Part shown: positions 39,759 to 50,900 of the stretch, piece by piece
Position numbering within the stretch: position 1 is the first letter of the stretch
Layout of the letters: every line of letters starts with the position of its first letter
DNA from: Alphaproteobacteria bacterium
Lineage (GTDB): Bacteria; Pseudomonadota; Alphaproteobacteria; 16-39-46; JABJFC01
Length of the DNA stretch: 64,000 bases
Direction: 5' to 3'
Assembly (NCBI GenBank): GCA_018662925.1
Contig: JABJFC010000057.1
Location: forward strand, 19,194-83,193
Notes under the pieces: generated by a model
The model's database searches: none
Seen by the model: the letters and a program-made list of their open reading frames with translations, nothing else
What the model was told of the DNA's origin: nothing
Translations under genes and position numbers: made by a program

Positions 39759-40265
39759 GTGGTGGTCATGTTGAATAAATATTTAAGTATTATTACTTTA
39801 TCTATTGTTTTATGTGCATTTTCTGAGGCGCAGGCGTCGGGGGTGAATGGCTCTTTTCAAGTATCTGCGACTGTTTCGGCTTCTTGTTCTGTATCAACTA
39901 ATGATCTAAATTTTGGAAATTATAATAGCGGTCAAAATGGCGATTTGGATGCGACGGGACAGCTGGGAGTAGCCTGTACCAACGATACTTCCTATACAAT
40001 TGATGTGGGAACGGGATTATATGGGAACGGATCTAGCAGGAAATTGAAGAGTGGCAATTCGGCGACGGCATCACTGAACTACCAAATTTATAAAGACGCA
40101 GGCAGAAATAGTGTCTGGGGCGAAGGATCAGGCGGAGCCAGTAAAGTAGCAACCGGAACGGGCGGACAACAAAGCCACGCTATGTATGGTCGGATTCCCG
40201 CGGGACAATCGGGAATGCCCACTGGTGCGTATTCAGATCATGTAATCGTCGAGGTAACATTTTGA
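39759..40265 (+). CDS. Spore coat protein U (SCPU) domain pilin (CsuA/B-like)
   Basis: signal peptide; SCSVSTNDLNFGNY…GVACT…LNYQIYKD…VWG…YGRIPAGQ…GAYSDHVIVEVTF. Confidence 0.8.
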   Translation: MVVMLNKYLSIITLSIVLCAFSEAQASGVNGSFQVSATVSASCSVSTNDLNFGNYNSGQNGDLDATGQLGVACTNDTSYTIDVGTGLYGNGSSRKLKSGNSATASLNYQIYKDAGRNSVWGEGSGGASKVATGTGGQQSHAMYGRIPAGQSGMPTGAYSDHVIVEVTF

Positions 40266-40432
40266 TTTATAATAGTTTTTTCAGAATGTTCTCAAATTAT
40301 CTAAAATTTTAAAAAAATTTTGGTTTGTTAACCTTTTGTTAACCTTTTCACTCTAACATTAAAGATAGAGGCAAATTCTCTGACGAGAATATTGACGCAT
40401 CTTACTGTTAACAAAGGAAATACAGGAGGACA

Positions 40433-40939
40433 TTGGCAATGAAACTAAAAATGACAAGCATAGCCTTGATTCTTGTGGGAGCGCTCGTCATGGGGACTGC
40501 AAAGGCTGATTCTTCAAATGATTCTTTTCAGGTACTCGCAACTGTTGTGGCAAGCTGCACGGTGACGAGCAATGATTTGAACTTTGGCACCTATGAGGTA
40601 TCGGGGATTCATGCCTCCAGTAACTTAAATGCAACCGGCAGCCTGGATGTGAATTGTACGCAAAATATTGCCTATGACATCGGTATGGATAATGGTTTGT
40701 ATTATGGGGCTGGGGGTCGTCAGATGGAGAGTTTGACTGGAACAGATAAACTTTCTTATCAGATTTATAGAGATTCTTCTCGGTCTAGCCAGTGGGGGGC
40801 CGTTATTGGATCAAATACAGAGTCCGATATTGGTACGGGCATTATTCAGTCTCATACTCTATATGGTACTATTCCAGGTGGTCAAAGTGCTGCTGTTGAT
40901 GATTATTCGGATACGATTGTGGTTTCTGTGACTTTTTAA
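40433..40939 (+). CDS. Spore coat protein U (SCPU) domain pilin
   Basis: signal peptide; SCTVTSNDLNFGTY…VNCT…LSYQIYRD…QWG…YGTIPGGQ…YSDTIVVSVTF. Confidence 0.8.
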   Translation: MAMKLKMTSIALILVGALVMGTAKADSSNDSFQVLATVVASCTVTSNDLNFGTYEVSGIHASSNLNATGSLDVNCTQNIAYDIGMDNGLYYGAGGRQMESLTGTDKLSYQIYRDSSRSSQWGAVIGSNTESDIGTGIIQSHTLYGTIPGGQSAAVDDYSDTIVVSVTF

Positions 40940-40965
40940 CTTTTTAACCGGCATACCTTCCAATT

Positions 40966-41001
40966 CCGCCTTCTTCCCCTGTGGACGAAGGCGGTTTTTT
41001 A
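40966..41001 (+). terminator. Rho-independent terminator (CCGCCTTC-ttcccctgtggac-GAAGGCGG + T6)
   Basis: hairpin + T-tract directly after SCPU gene. Confidence 0.6.
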
Positions 41002-41040
41002 TACGATAATGCAAAAATAATGCTATAAAAACAGGGATGT

Positions 41041-43560
41041 TTGTCGTTGCCAGCCACTACACCAAAAATCTTTTTTAGACTCATTTTTGTTGTAAGTTTG
41101 CTTGTGCTTTGGGCAAAACCATCTTTTTCAAATCCCTCTCCAGCCGAAATGCAGGAGTTTTTACTTGAGACATCGGTTAACCACTCTAAACAGCCTGGTG
41201 TTGCTCTCTTTCTGATGGATAGCGAACAGCATCTCTGGGCGGATAAGGACGAGATACTGAAATGGCGACTAAAATTGCCAGAAGGCGTCTCCCCAGTTCA
41301 GTATCAGGGGAAAGAGTACTATGCCTTAGATTGGTATGAAGGCAGCAAATATGAGCTGGACTACGGTGCCATGCATGTATTTATTACGTTGCCGCCAAGG
41401 CATTTTCCTGAAACAGTTCTAAGCGATCTTCCCGAAAAGGTATTTGCCAAACTACCCGAAGATGTGGGTGGCTTTTTGAATTATGATTTTACAGGGACGC
41501 GCACGGGGACGCAGGCAAAAACCCGGGGTACGGGTGTAACAGAGCTGGGTGTCTTTCTTCCCTATGGCGTGGTGACCAATGATATTCTTTATAAAAATAT
41601 TGGAGGCAATTTTAAACCCATAAGATTAGAGAGCACCTGGACCGTTGATAATCCAGAAACGCCCAGTCGGTGGCAATTTGGAGATGCGACTGCTCGGCCC
41701 TCACCGTGGGGGGGCTCAGTCCTTTTTGGCGGTGTTAAATGGGGGACGGAATATGACATTCGGCCGGATATTGTAAAATTTCCTGTCCCAAGCTATCGAG
41801 GAAAAGCAGCTCTTCCCAGCAATGTGGAAGTGTTCATAAACGAATCAACTCGATTACGAAAGGAAGTGGAAAGCGGCCCCTTTTTGATCGAAGATTTGCC
41901 CGTTATATCTGGGGAAGGGGACATAAAAATCGTAACGACGGATCTATTAGGGCGGCGGCAAGAGGTAATTATGCCCTACTATACATCCCAGGAACTTTTG
42001 AAGCCTGGTTTGGAAGATATGTCCGTCTCGGTGGGTGTGATCCGCAGTGATTTCGGCATTGCGAGCAACCAATATACAGAGCCCATGGCCTCAGGAGATT
42101 ACAGGCTTGGGATTACGGATGATTTTACCTATGGTCTGCATACGGATATTTTAAAGAAGAGTCAGTCAGGGGGGCTTACCCTTGAGTATCTTCTCTTAAA
42201 TTACGCTATTTTGTCCAGTTCCTATGCCGTTAGCCGAGATACACGAGGGCCAGGGAGGCTGCTTTCCTTTGAGTTTTTGAGGCAGGGTAAATTCACCTAC
42301 GGTGGGAGAGGAACCTTTACGTCGCGTGATTTTTCCAGTGCAAGCACTCTTTTGACTTCTGTTGCCCCTAGTTTTACGGGGCAGGTTTCCACAGGCTATA
42401 CATTCGAAGATTTTGGGTCGTTAAACTTATCCTATACGTTGCAAAACCGGCGCTTGGAAGACTCAACAAAGTTTTTGACGCTAAGCTATACGAAAAATAT
42501 TACGAATGGTCTTAACTTTAGAACCAGTACGCTTATGAATCTTGTGGACAAAAAGCAAAATCAGATAACCTTTTCTCTCGTTTGGACACTGGACTCCGAT
42601 CATGTCTTGGCATCAAGTTATATCCATCGTAAGAATCAAGAAGATCAAAAAGTGACTCGATTCCGGAAGCGTCTCCCCACAGGCACTGGCTTTGGATACA
42701 ATATTTTGGCCCGGAAAGATGATAATAACTTTTATGAAGCAGGGCTAGATTACCAAAACAATTATGGGAAATATCGTTTTATTGGATCTCGCTTTAAGGC
42801 CAATGATAGTTATCAATTAGAGGCTTCTGGTGGGATAATCCATTATGGTGGAACAACGATTATGGCACGGCACGTGGATCAAGGATTTGCGCTTGTCGAA
42901 GTGCCAGACATGAAAGATGTGCGTGTCTATAGTAATAATCAGCTTGTTGGAACCACAAACTCTGATGGGAAGCTATTAATCCCCAATTTACGAGCCCATC
43001 AGAAAAACAAAGTATATTTAGAAACAAAAGACTTGCCTCTGGATGCTCAACTGCTAGATGAGCCAGAGCTTATCTTTGTTCCTTATTTCCGCAGTGGTGT
43101 TCGCGCTCGATTCGATGTGAAACGATCAAAGAGTGCAACGGCTCAGATCATGATGGATTCTGGCGAACCTGTTCCGACAGGGGCATCTGTTAAATTAGAG
43201 GATCATGCACAGTCGTACCCCGTGGCATATGACGGAGAAGTTTTCTTGACGGATCTGAAAGTGGGGACTTGGAAAGGTGAGGCACAGTGGAAAGGCAACC
43301 GTTGTTCGTTCACGATCCAACTGGATAAGACCGATGATCCCATGCCTTATTTGGGGGCAATAGGGTGTAAGCATCGCCTTACGAAGGAACAGAAAGCTAT
43401 TCCAGTTTTAAAGAAAGACGATGAAGCCGAAGCTGAAAAAGCTTCCAAAGATGATTCTGTAGATGGATCTAAGGGAGCTCAATCCCAGTCAGGTGAGAGT
43501 AAATTGCCAGCAGTTCAAGAACAAAAGTTGACGGACGAAACGGGGCCTCAAGATGAGTAA
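41041..43560 (+). CDS. Fimbrial usher protein (PapC/CsuD-like outer-membrane assembly platform), TTG start
   Basis: 839 aa; signal peptide; conserved usher segment …NVEVFINESTRLRKEVESGPFLIEDLPVISGEGDIKIVTTDLLGRRQEVIMPYY…; beta-barrel composition; acidic low-complexity C-terminal tail. Confidence 0.8.
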   Translation: MSLPATTPKIFFRLIFVVSLLVLWAKPSFSNPSPAEMQEFLLETSVNHSKQPGVALFLMDSEQHLWADKDEILKWRLKLPEGVSPVQYQGKEYYALDWYEGSKYELDYGAMHVFITLPPRHFPETVLSDLPEKVFAKLPEDVGGFLNYDFTGTRTGTQAKTRGTGVTELGVFLPYGVVTNDILYKNIGGNFKPIRLESTWTVDNPETPSRWQFGDATARPSPWGGSVLFGGVKWGTEYDIRPDIVKFPVPSYRGKAALPSNVEVFINESTRLRKEVESGPFLIEDLPVISGEGDIKIVTTDLLGRRQEVIMPYYTSQELLKPGLEDMSVSVGVIRSDFGIASNQYTEPMASGDYRLGITDDFTYGLHTDILKKSQSGGLTLEYLLLNYAILSSSYAVSRDTRGPGRLLSFEFLRQGKFTYGGRGTFTSRDFSSASTLLTSVAPSFTGQVSTGYTFEDFGSLNLSYTLQNRRLEDSTKFLTLSYTKNITNGLNFRTSTLMNLVDKKQNQITFSLVWTLDSDHVLASSYIHRKNQEDQKVTRFRKRLPTGTGFGYNILARKDDNNFYEAGLDYQNNYGKYRFIGSRFKANDSYQLEASGGIIHYGGTTIMARHVDQGFALVEVPDMKDVRVYSNNQLVGTTNSDGKLLIPNLRAHQKNKVYLETKDLPLDAQLLDEPELIFVPYFRSGVRARFDVKRSKSATAQIMMDSGEPVPTGASVKLEDHAQSYPVAYDGEVFLTDLKVGTWKGEAQWKGNRCSFTIQLDKTDDPMPYLGAIGCKHRLTKEQKAIPVLKKDDEAEAEKASKDDSVDGSKGAQSQSGESKLPAVQEQKLTDETGPQDE

Positions 43561-43667
43561 CTTTGTTTTTAGGTTGAAGAGGATGTTCAACTGGAGTGAT
43601 TTCTATTATTATGGGTACAATGGGGGATGTGAGTGTGTTCATGAAGAATATAAATGAAAAAAAGAAT

Positions 43668-44153
43668 CTGCATAAAACCTACATATGGTTGATCTGTATT
43701 TGTGCCATGTTTTTTGTCAGTCAAAATGCGCAGGCGAAATGTAATGGGGAGACTTGTACATGTGACGTGACAGCAGACTCCTTTTCTTTCGGAGAATATA
43801 CCCCATTTGAAAATCATTCCGTGGATTCGACCAGCACCATAAAAGTGACTTGTAGTGCCTCTGACTCTTTTAGGGCTCGGTATGTTATTTCTCTTATGAC
43901 GGGCAATTCTGGCTCCTATCGGGTTCGAAAAATGAGCAGTGGCAGATCCTTTCTCCAATACAACCTCTACACAGGGCCTTCTCATCGCGTTGTGTGGGGA
44001 AATGGGAGTCAGGGCTCCAAAAGGGTTACGGGCAGAAGTTCCGGGTCTCGGGCAGTGACCAAGGAATTTACCTTGTATGGTCGAATCCCTTCGAACCAGA
44101 ATGTGCCGGTTGGGTTTTACTCTGATACCATCGTCGTGGGGATAGATTTCTAG
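43668..44153 (+). CDS. SCPU-domain pilin (ORF from 43596; likely start at MKNINEKK…)
   Basis: signal peptide; CTCDVTADSFSFGEY…VTCS…LQYNLYTG…VWG…YGRIPSNQ…FYSDTIVVGIDF. Confidence 0.75.
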   Translation: MHKTYIWLICICAMFFVSQNAQAKCNGETCTCDVTADSFSFGEYTPFENHSVDSTSTIKVTCSASDSFRARYVISLMTGNSGSYRVRKMSSGRSFLQYNLYTGPSHRVVWGNGSQGSKRVTGRSSGSRAVTKEFTLYGRIPSNQNVPVGFYSDTIVVGIDF

Positions 44154-44169
44154 TTTCTAGAGAGCGGGA

Positions 44170-44208
44170 AAGGCCAAATCTATTATCTTATGTTTGGCCT
44201 CTTGTTTT
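44170..44208 (+). terminator. Rho-independent terminator (AGGCCAAA-loop-TTTGGCCT + CTTGTTTTG)
   Basis: read directly downstream of SCPU gene. Confidence 0.55.
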
Positions 44209-44314
44209 GCCTCTGGGCCCTTTGATCGCTAAAAACTCTATACTGTCATCTCACGTTCCGACATTCGATAAATCCGATGCAAAAAGTTCCCACTCCGGCA
44301 TCAGTTATCCGTTC

Positions 44315-44992
44315 CTACGAAACCTTTCTCAAAGCCCGCTTCTCAAACACATGTACGATTTTTTCGCCATTCCAGTGATAAGACAGGTGGCGTTCTTGGC
44401 GGCAATTGCTTAGGACAGCAGCTTTAAAGGTTGCGGTACACAGGCCATCAGGTTGGCGAACGCTTTTGTACGTTAGGCCATTGGAATCTTCAGACTTTAG
44501 ACGAAGGGCGAGTGCTTGGGAATTTCCATAGTTGGTAGGGTGGTAAACATCAGATACATCCTCATTCAGGGTCCTGAGATCATGAAAGTCCCCCACTAGG
44601 TCTGCAACCAAGACGCGCATATCAATGAACATGGCCCCTTCCCCGGTTGCTCGGAGAAAGTTTTCCCGATGATAAGTGGTCTCGGCAATGGCGGTTTGCA
44701 GGTCGAAGGCCGCATAATACACGCCCCAAGAGCCATCACTAAAGCGGCTGCCACGCCTATTCTTGTGGGTAAAAGCTGCGGAGATATAGTTTGACGCAGG
44801 CTTTGTTCCGGCCGCATCTTTCCAGGCGGGGGCGCCACTGCGCAGCCGATCGTTGGTCATGCTTTCAATTTCGGCGAGGGCTCGGTGATTTTGTGGCCCG
44901 GCAATGCGTTCGAAAGGATTTACCGGGGGATACCGGCTGGGAATAATGCGCCAACAGGGAAGCCAGCGTATGGCACTTTTGGGTATCTTCAT
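44315..44992 (-). CDS. RES-domain toxin (NAD+-depleting ParT/MbcT-like)
   Basis: 225 aa; N-terminal W..WR..P.RY start typical of RES domain; 4-bp overlap with upstream antitoxin gene. Confidence 0.75.
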   Translation of the reverse strand: MKIPKSAIRWLPCWRIIPSRYPPVNPFERIAGPQNHRALAEIESMTNDRLRSGAPAWKDAAGTKPASNYISAAFTHKNRRGSRFSDGSWGVYYAAFDLQTAIAETTYHRENFLRATGEGAMFIDMRVLVADLVGDFHDLRTLNEDVSDVYHPTNYGNSQALALRLKSEDSNGLTYKSVRQPDGLCTATFKAAVLSNCRQERHLSYHWNGEKIVHVFEKRALRKVS

Positions 44993-45384
44993 GACCAGCC
45001 TCCGCGCTGGGCATCCAAATACTGGCGTACTTCAAATAGATCAACCACATTACCAGATAGCATCCGATCTAGGGCAGACTTCTCGTCAAAAGCCGTATTG
45101 CTTTTATGGATCCATTCATCGGCAATGCTAGGGTTGGGGAATAGAATCTGGAGGGCTTTGTAAATGCCTAAGATATAGGAAATCCGCTCTAGTGTATCTT
45201 TGGACAAAAGGCCATTTTTCTCTTTTTTCCATTTGAAAAAGGTGGAGCGGGATTCTAGGCCCAACAAATTCATTTGTTGCTCAGTATCAAGGTGCCAAAG
45301 ATTTGCAATGTTGAAAAATGCATCCAAGGCAGGGCGCGCCAAATCGCGACGATTAATCTCTTGTGAGGTACTTGTATCAACCAT
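44989..45384 (-). CDS. Xre-like/DUF2384 antitoxin (ParS/MbcA-like) partnered with the RES toxin
   Basis: 131 aa; C-terminal DUF2384-like toxin-binding region; operonic with RES gene. Confidence 0.7.
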   Translation of the reverse strand: MVDTSTSQEINRRDLARPALDAFFNIANLWHLDTEQQMNLLGLESRSTFFKWKKEKNGLLSKDTLERISYILGIYKALQILFPNPSIADEWIHKSNTAFDEKSALDRMLSGNVVDLFEVRQYLDAQRGGWS

Positions 45385-45548
45385 TTCCCTGATCCCTTTG
45401 CGGTTGTTTATGGATAGTCTATATATAAAATTTATCTAAAATTTTATCCATATTTGGACTTTTGTCAAGGGGGAGGATAGAAGACGGTTGACGTCCTAAT
45501 TTTTACATAATAAATCTATCCATAGAGTTAAACGGAAATATTATATAT

Positions 45549-46349
45549 ATGGAGAGTTTCCAGATGAGCAGAATATCCAGTTTTTTCAGCAAGCCTTTGT
45601 TGGTTTTGGCGTTTATATTTGTTGGTACGACAGTTACTGAGGCATCTAGTAAAGTATTTGGGATGGAGGGGGCTACCTATTCTATGGTAGATAATTCAGA
45701 GTTTGAAGAAGACGGGAAAATGTATGCAGTGGTGCGGGCAACAGTTCAGAGTCAGTCGGAAGAGGAAGATTTCACTCAAGAGAAAGAGTTTGAGGTACGA
45801 GGATCCCACTCAAAGTATGCGTATCATGATGGTGAATTATATGCGACTGATGTTTTCAGTGTGAGTAGATTTATGCTCAACGAGGAAAGAACTCCTTTAG
45901 CTTCCCATATATTTAACCGTACGGAACAATATGGCTATGAGGCTTTAGGAGAAACCACTCTTAGAACAGCCTTGGAAGATGGTTGGGAGGCCGTTTTTAA
46001 AGGAACGCGCTTCCAAAGGCCTTTTGAGGGTGGTGAGTTTGTTCTTGAAGATGAGCAGCAGAATGATGAGCGTGTGAGAGAACAAAGGACAAAGGAAGCG
46101 AGTCTGAATTTTTCAATTTGTGTGCGGGAGTGGGATGAATTTTCAGGTTTTAAGAAAAAAAAGCGCCATTCCCTGAAGCAGTATGATGGTTACAAAGTTT
46201 CAAAAGTGACGGAGCATCGGATCCCTGGAGAAACAGAAATTAGTCGGACTGAAACTAAGGAATTAGAGCCAGGGGGAATATATACCACGACGACAGAGGC
46301 CCCTGAGTGTGCATCGGGACAAAAATTACGAGAGCTTAATCCTCTGTAA
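45549..46349 (+). CDS. Secreted acidic hypothetical protein
   Basis: signal peptide (…LLVLAFIFVGTTVTEA); Glu-rich; no recognisable domain. Confidence 0.4.
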   Translation: MESFQMSRISSFFSKPLLVLAFIFVGTTVTEASSKVFGMEGATYSMVDNSEFEEDGKMYAVVRATVQSQSEEEDFTQEKEFEVRGSHSKYAYHDGELYATDVFSVSRFMLNEERTPLASHIFNRTEQYGYEALGETTLRTALEDGWEAVFKGTRFQRPFEGGEFVLEDEQQNDERVREQRTKEASLNFSICVREWDEFSGFKKKKRHSLKQYDGYKVSKVTEHRIPGETEISRTETKELEPGGIYTTTTEAPECASGQKLRELNPL

Positions 46350-46489
46350 GTCTTAAGCCGGTGGGATCTAGAGGCACTTGGTATATCCTTCAGGCTTCCG
46401 GAAACAAGTTCAAGAAACGGAGGGCAGCAATGGTCAAAGCCATTAATCTGACCTCCGATTTGAGGCTGTTCTCTGCCCCTTGAGATATC

Positions 46490-47236
46490 TTACTCAACCG
46501 TGATCGTTGTTGTGTATTCGTCCTCTTTAAGGAGCCCGGTCAGCTTGATTTCATTGCCTGTAAGGTCTTTATCTAGGCTTATTTTCCAGGTGTGACGTTG
46601 TTCTGGAAGCACGTAGCTGAACGTAGATTCCTTTTTGCTAATTGGCTTATCAGCGGTATCTTTTAGCTGTAAGTCTGCGACACGGATATGGTTTTCTCCT
46701 GCGTTGTGGAGATCCACTTGCACCGTTTTGCTATCTAGGCGCTTTGCTTTCCAAATAGGTTTCATCTCCGTTTCATTTTTCGGATGTACGAATACGGGAA
46801 TACTCATAACCAATTGGACCTGGAGCTTTCCCTGTCGAGCCTTCGCCTGAGCCGCTGTTGTGACTTCGGGGATGATTTCCGTGATAAACAGGCGATATGC
46901 TTTTTCCCGTTTTTCATCGGGGGCATTTCTAAGGGCGACCCGAATGGTCTGGCTCTTTTTTCCTTTTACGGGAAAGATAGGAGGGCTTACGACCATGTCT
47001 CGGCTCAATTCATATAAATCTTCACCGTCCTTTTGGTCCCAAGATTTTAGTTGGACCTGAAGCTGTCCACTTTCATCATTTAAGTTCCTGAGAAGGAGCT
47101 TTGTCACCGTGTCTTGAGGGGACAAATGGAGGCGGATAGGATTTAAATGATAGCTTCCTGTCGCAAATACCTTTGATGGATTGGACAGAAGTAAGCAGCT
47201 AAAGAAAGCGAGTAGGATTTTGTTTTTATGTTTCAT
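46490..47236 (-). CDS. Periplasmic pilus chaperone (PapD/CsuC-like)
   Basis: signal peptide; …LNPIRLHL…MVVSPPIFPVKGKKSQTIRVALR… chaperone signature; immediately downstream of SCPU gene 47238..47780. Confidence 0.7.
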   Translation of the reverse strand: MKHKNKILLAFFSCLLLSNPSKVFATGSYHLNPIRLHLSPQDTVTKLLLRNLNDESGQLQVQLKSWDQKDGEDLYELSRDMVVSPPIFPVKGKKSQTIRVALRNAPDEKREKAYRLFITEIIPEVTTAAQAKARQGKLQVQLVMSIPVFVHPKNETEMKPIWKAKRLDSKTVQVDLHNAGENHIRVADLQLKDTADKPISKKESTFSYVLPEQRHTWKISLDKDLTGNEIKLTGLLKEDEYTTTITVE

Positions 47237-47237
47237 T

Positions 47238-47780
47238 TTAGTATGTCACCGTAACTGTTATTACATCACTATACGTATCGTTATCAATCACTTGCCCTGA
47301 CAGGACGGCACCGTAGACTGTAATAGTCTCGTTGGTGCCCGAAGAGGTCCCTGATTTCGTATCGGAGCCGGGAGAATTTCCCCAGTTGATGCTTCGAGAC
47401 GAATTTTGGAATAACTTATAATTTAAGGTATCCGACCCGTTGGCGGCTTTCATCTTTCGCGTCGTCGTTGTTCCACCAGAAGTCGTTCCTTGGTTCAAAC
47501 CGACGTCATACGTTGTCCCAACGGTACAAGTGAGTTGAATATTTGAGCTAGAGTTCAGATTATTGGTAGCGTTGACGCCAATTGGGTCGTAACTGCCAAA
47601 GCTCAAATCGTTGGCGGTGACCTGACAGGACTCCGCAACAGAGGCTGAAACTTGGAATGTGGTTCTATCTGATTCTCCCGAGTCGCCGGCGTCTTCTCCC
47701 CCTGAAGAACCAGCGAATGCTCCTGTTGCATAAAAAAGGCCAAATGCTACAGCAGTCGCTTTAGAAATTGCTATTTTCAT
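47238..47780 (-). CDS. SCPU-domain pilin
   Basis: signal peptide; SCQVTANDLSFGSY…LTCT…LNYKLFQN…NWG…YGAVLSGQ…YSDVITVTVTY. Confidence 0.8.
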   Translation of the reverse strand: MKIAISKATAVAFGLFYATGAFAGSSGGEDAGDSGESDRTTFQVSASVAESCQVTANDLSFGSYDPIGVNATNNLNSSSNIQLTCTVGTTYDVGLNQGTTSGGTTTTRKMKAANGSDTLNYKLFQNSSRSINWGNSPGSDTKSGTSSGTNETITVYGAVLSGQVIDNDTYSDVITVTVTY

Positions 47781-47909
47781 TGTTGATACTTTCTCATTTT
47801 TTTCTTTTCAGTATGTCATGATATAAAAATTAGGTATAGCAATTTTGAAATAAATACATTTTTTACTTTTAAATCAATGATAAAAGTTAATTTGGTCCCT
47901 GTATTTTTT

Positions 47910-50900
47910 TTAATAGCCAAAATGTCCTTGGCGGAGGACGTATTTAATAACTCGGACGGTATGGTCGTCTAACCCACTGTTAAAATCTAGATTAAGGTGT
48001 TGTAAGCTCCGATTAAAAACTATCCCATTTGTGTTTAGTTTTGTACTGGGGCCTTCCTCATCTGTTCTCGATTCATTTTTGCCCTCTTCTTTTTTACCCT
48101 CTTCGTTTTCGTCCTTAAAAGCTGAAACATCAACAAGTCCTAAGGTAAGCATGGTAAACCACCCCTGATTATTAATAGAATTATGAGAGAGGTCAACGTC
48201 CTTCAAAACAGAATTCTTTCTAAATAATCTGGCTAGGCAAGAACAATCTCGAACATCAATTCGATTATCTTTCAAATTCAAAATGGAGACAGTTTCATGA
48301 TTTTCGAGTGAGTCGACAAGCGTTGTCAACAGTTGGCCATTAACGCTATTTGAGGAGAGGTCGAGTAGGCTAAGTTTACTACGTTTAACGGCGGGACTAA
48401 GTTTTTCAATGGCAGGTTGATTAAGTCTCGAGCTAGCAAGATAAAGCTTAGTCAAATTTCCATCACCCAAAACGAGCAATCTGGCTATGCTTTTTATACC
48501 TGCTTCTCCAAAAACGTTATCACTGGCGTCCAATGAAATAAGGTTATTGGCATCGTATAGAATAGTTTCAATTCTATCGTCGGAAATACCGCAGCGTGAA
48601 ATACTCAAATGGGTTAAGTGAGAGTGTTTTCTAAGTTGTTGTCCAAGTGTTTCAGCCTCTGTATCTGATAATTGTCGTCCAGAAAGATTTAATTCAGTGA
48701 TGAATTTGCTGCTTAAGACTCTTTCAAGTTGAACAGAAAAATCCCCATCGATTTCATAACTTGGATCGGCAAATTCGACGGGGAATCCATTCTCAAATGC
48801 GAACTTTCTGGCCAGGGCAAGAAGCTTATCCTGAGGAGTAGAGTCATCGGTAAGCCTAAGTTCCTTGGGGAGGTATATATGATTTTTTCCATCTAATTTT
48901 GGGTATTTTCTTTTTGTTTGTGGTTTTGAAGCCATTTCCCTCAGTTGTTCTAGTTCTTGGGCCTCATGAACAACTTGCACCAGATCTAAATCCTGGTCTG
49001 TAGGAGTGGCTCGTGAATTGGAGGTCGAGCTTTTTACTGGAGCTAAGGCACCTGGAAAACCAAGAATATAGTCTTTGAGGACTGGATCGAGAGTTTGAAT
49101 GCCGGGTTCGGTAGCAAAGCGGGTTAAAAGTTTTTCAAGAATCAAAATTCCTAAACTAGCAGCATACGTGCCCTTCAATGCAGCAGCAAAAAAAACGTCG
49201 TTTGCCTCCTTAAAAGCGGAGATCAAGGCAATCGGACTACGCTTTCGGAGAGAAAGTTCTGTACTCAAAGTACACCTTACACGCATCTCAGGAACTTCTA
49301 TTTCAATGCCTGGATATAAACCCTGTACATGATCTACTGTTTTTTGTGACCTTGTATCAAGTTCGTCCTTTGATGGTGTCATAAGAGCTGCAATGTTTCC
49401 TAGTAGATTGCTTCGGAAACAGGAGACTGTGTCAGAATCTAATCGGCACCCCTCATCTGTTGGACTGTAGATGGCTGCGAACTTCTCATTGACTGGGCAC
49501 AACATAGCACCACCGCGTTCAGGTTGTCCGAAAAGCCCAGACCTATGTCCCTTGAAAATAGGGATTTGATTTTGATTTATTTTAGCAAGAACGATCCCGC
49601 GAACATAAATGTGTAATTCAGGATGTTTTACGAATCTACTGAGGTCTTTATAGGAATAGGGTGAATCAGGGGCGATAGAAAAAGAGCTACCTCGGCTGGT
49701 TGATGGAGTGTTGTCTCTTGTGACGTGCTGGGGTATGGCGTTTGCATCGGTAGGTGATGCACTGTTGGATTTTACTTTCTCTTCTTCTTTGGGCGGAGGG
49801 GGGGGCACTACGAAGGAAGAAACATTAGATAGCGATTCTTTGAGTGCCGATTCATCTGCAGCTTCATTCAGTTTATTTCGAAGATTCTGTGCGATAGTTA
49901 GCATTTCCTCGTCAGAGTGCTTAACAAAAATACTGCTATCTGTTGGACTACCTGTTGAATTAATCAGCTTATTTATGAGGGGGTAGGATCCCTCTGAACC
50001 TGCAATTACGACAAAATCAGCGTGAATTCTTTTGGTGGGCTCTCCTGCTAAGACCATGTATCCAGTTGGTGTTTCTCCATCAGGATAAGTAGCATATTTG
50101 ATTATTCCAGTTACTTCATGATTGGTGTACGTCTCAATATTCTTTCTTTTCAGAAGGTTAAGTAGATATGACCCTACTAACATAGGGTTCATCCCCTTTT
50201 CCTTTGTCAAGATCCCTCCCAGGAATTGAGGAAATCTTTCGTCTTCTTCTAATTCTTCAAAAAGGGCACTAGGAAGTCCCAGGAATTGATTGCCTGTTTC
50301 TTCATCGCTGTCAAAATGTTTTCGAAGTTCAGCAAAAAGTTCTGAATACTGTTCTTGACGTCTCTCATAATTTTCTCTGACTTGTTCTAATGTTAGTTCT
50401 TCTTCTGACTCCAACTTTTCTTGTTTTAACTTTGAAACAAGAAAGGCTAGACGTGGTAAGTTTGCGAAAATGTATTCTGGAAGCATTTGTAAAAATAGCA
50501 AGCTTGAGTACATACAGGACTCGGAAGTGTGCTCATGGGTAGAGTATTCTCCTCCAGAGTGAAGTCTGATAGCGAGGATACTAGCACCAGAAAATAACCG
50601 CTCATTTTTCTCTACTATGATGACATTAAGTCCAAAACTACGGCACAATATTGCTGCGGGGAGAGACGAATATCCTGATCCAACAAACACAATAGTTGGC
50701 ATGTTTTTGGCAAGAGAAGGAGTGACAGCTCTTGAGGCGGGATTTTCTAATTTAGTTTTACACGTGACGTACATCCCCTCCAAAAAGAGAGGGGCTCTTG
50801 TGTGGTTTTCGTTAGTGGCTTGAGTAAACCACTCCACTGCTTCCAAGTTATTGCCAGCATTCAGGGCTTTCACGCCGTTAAGGAAAAATTGATTTGCATT

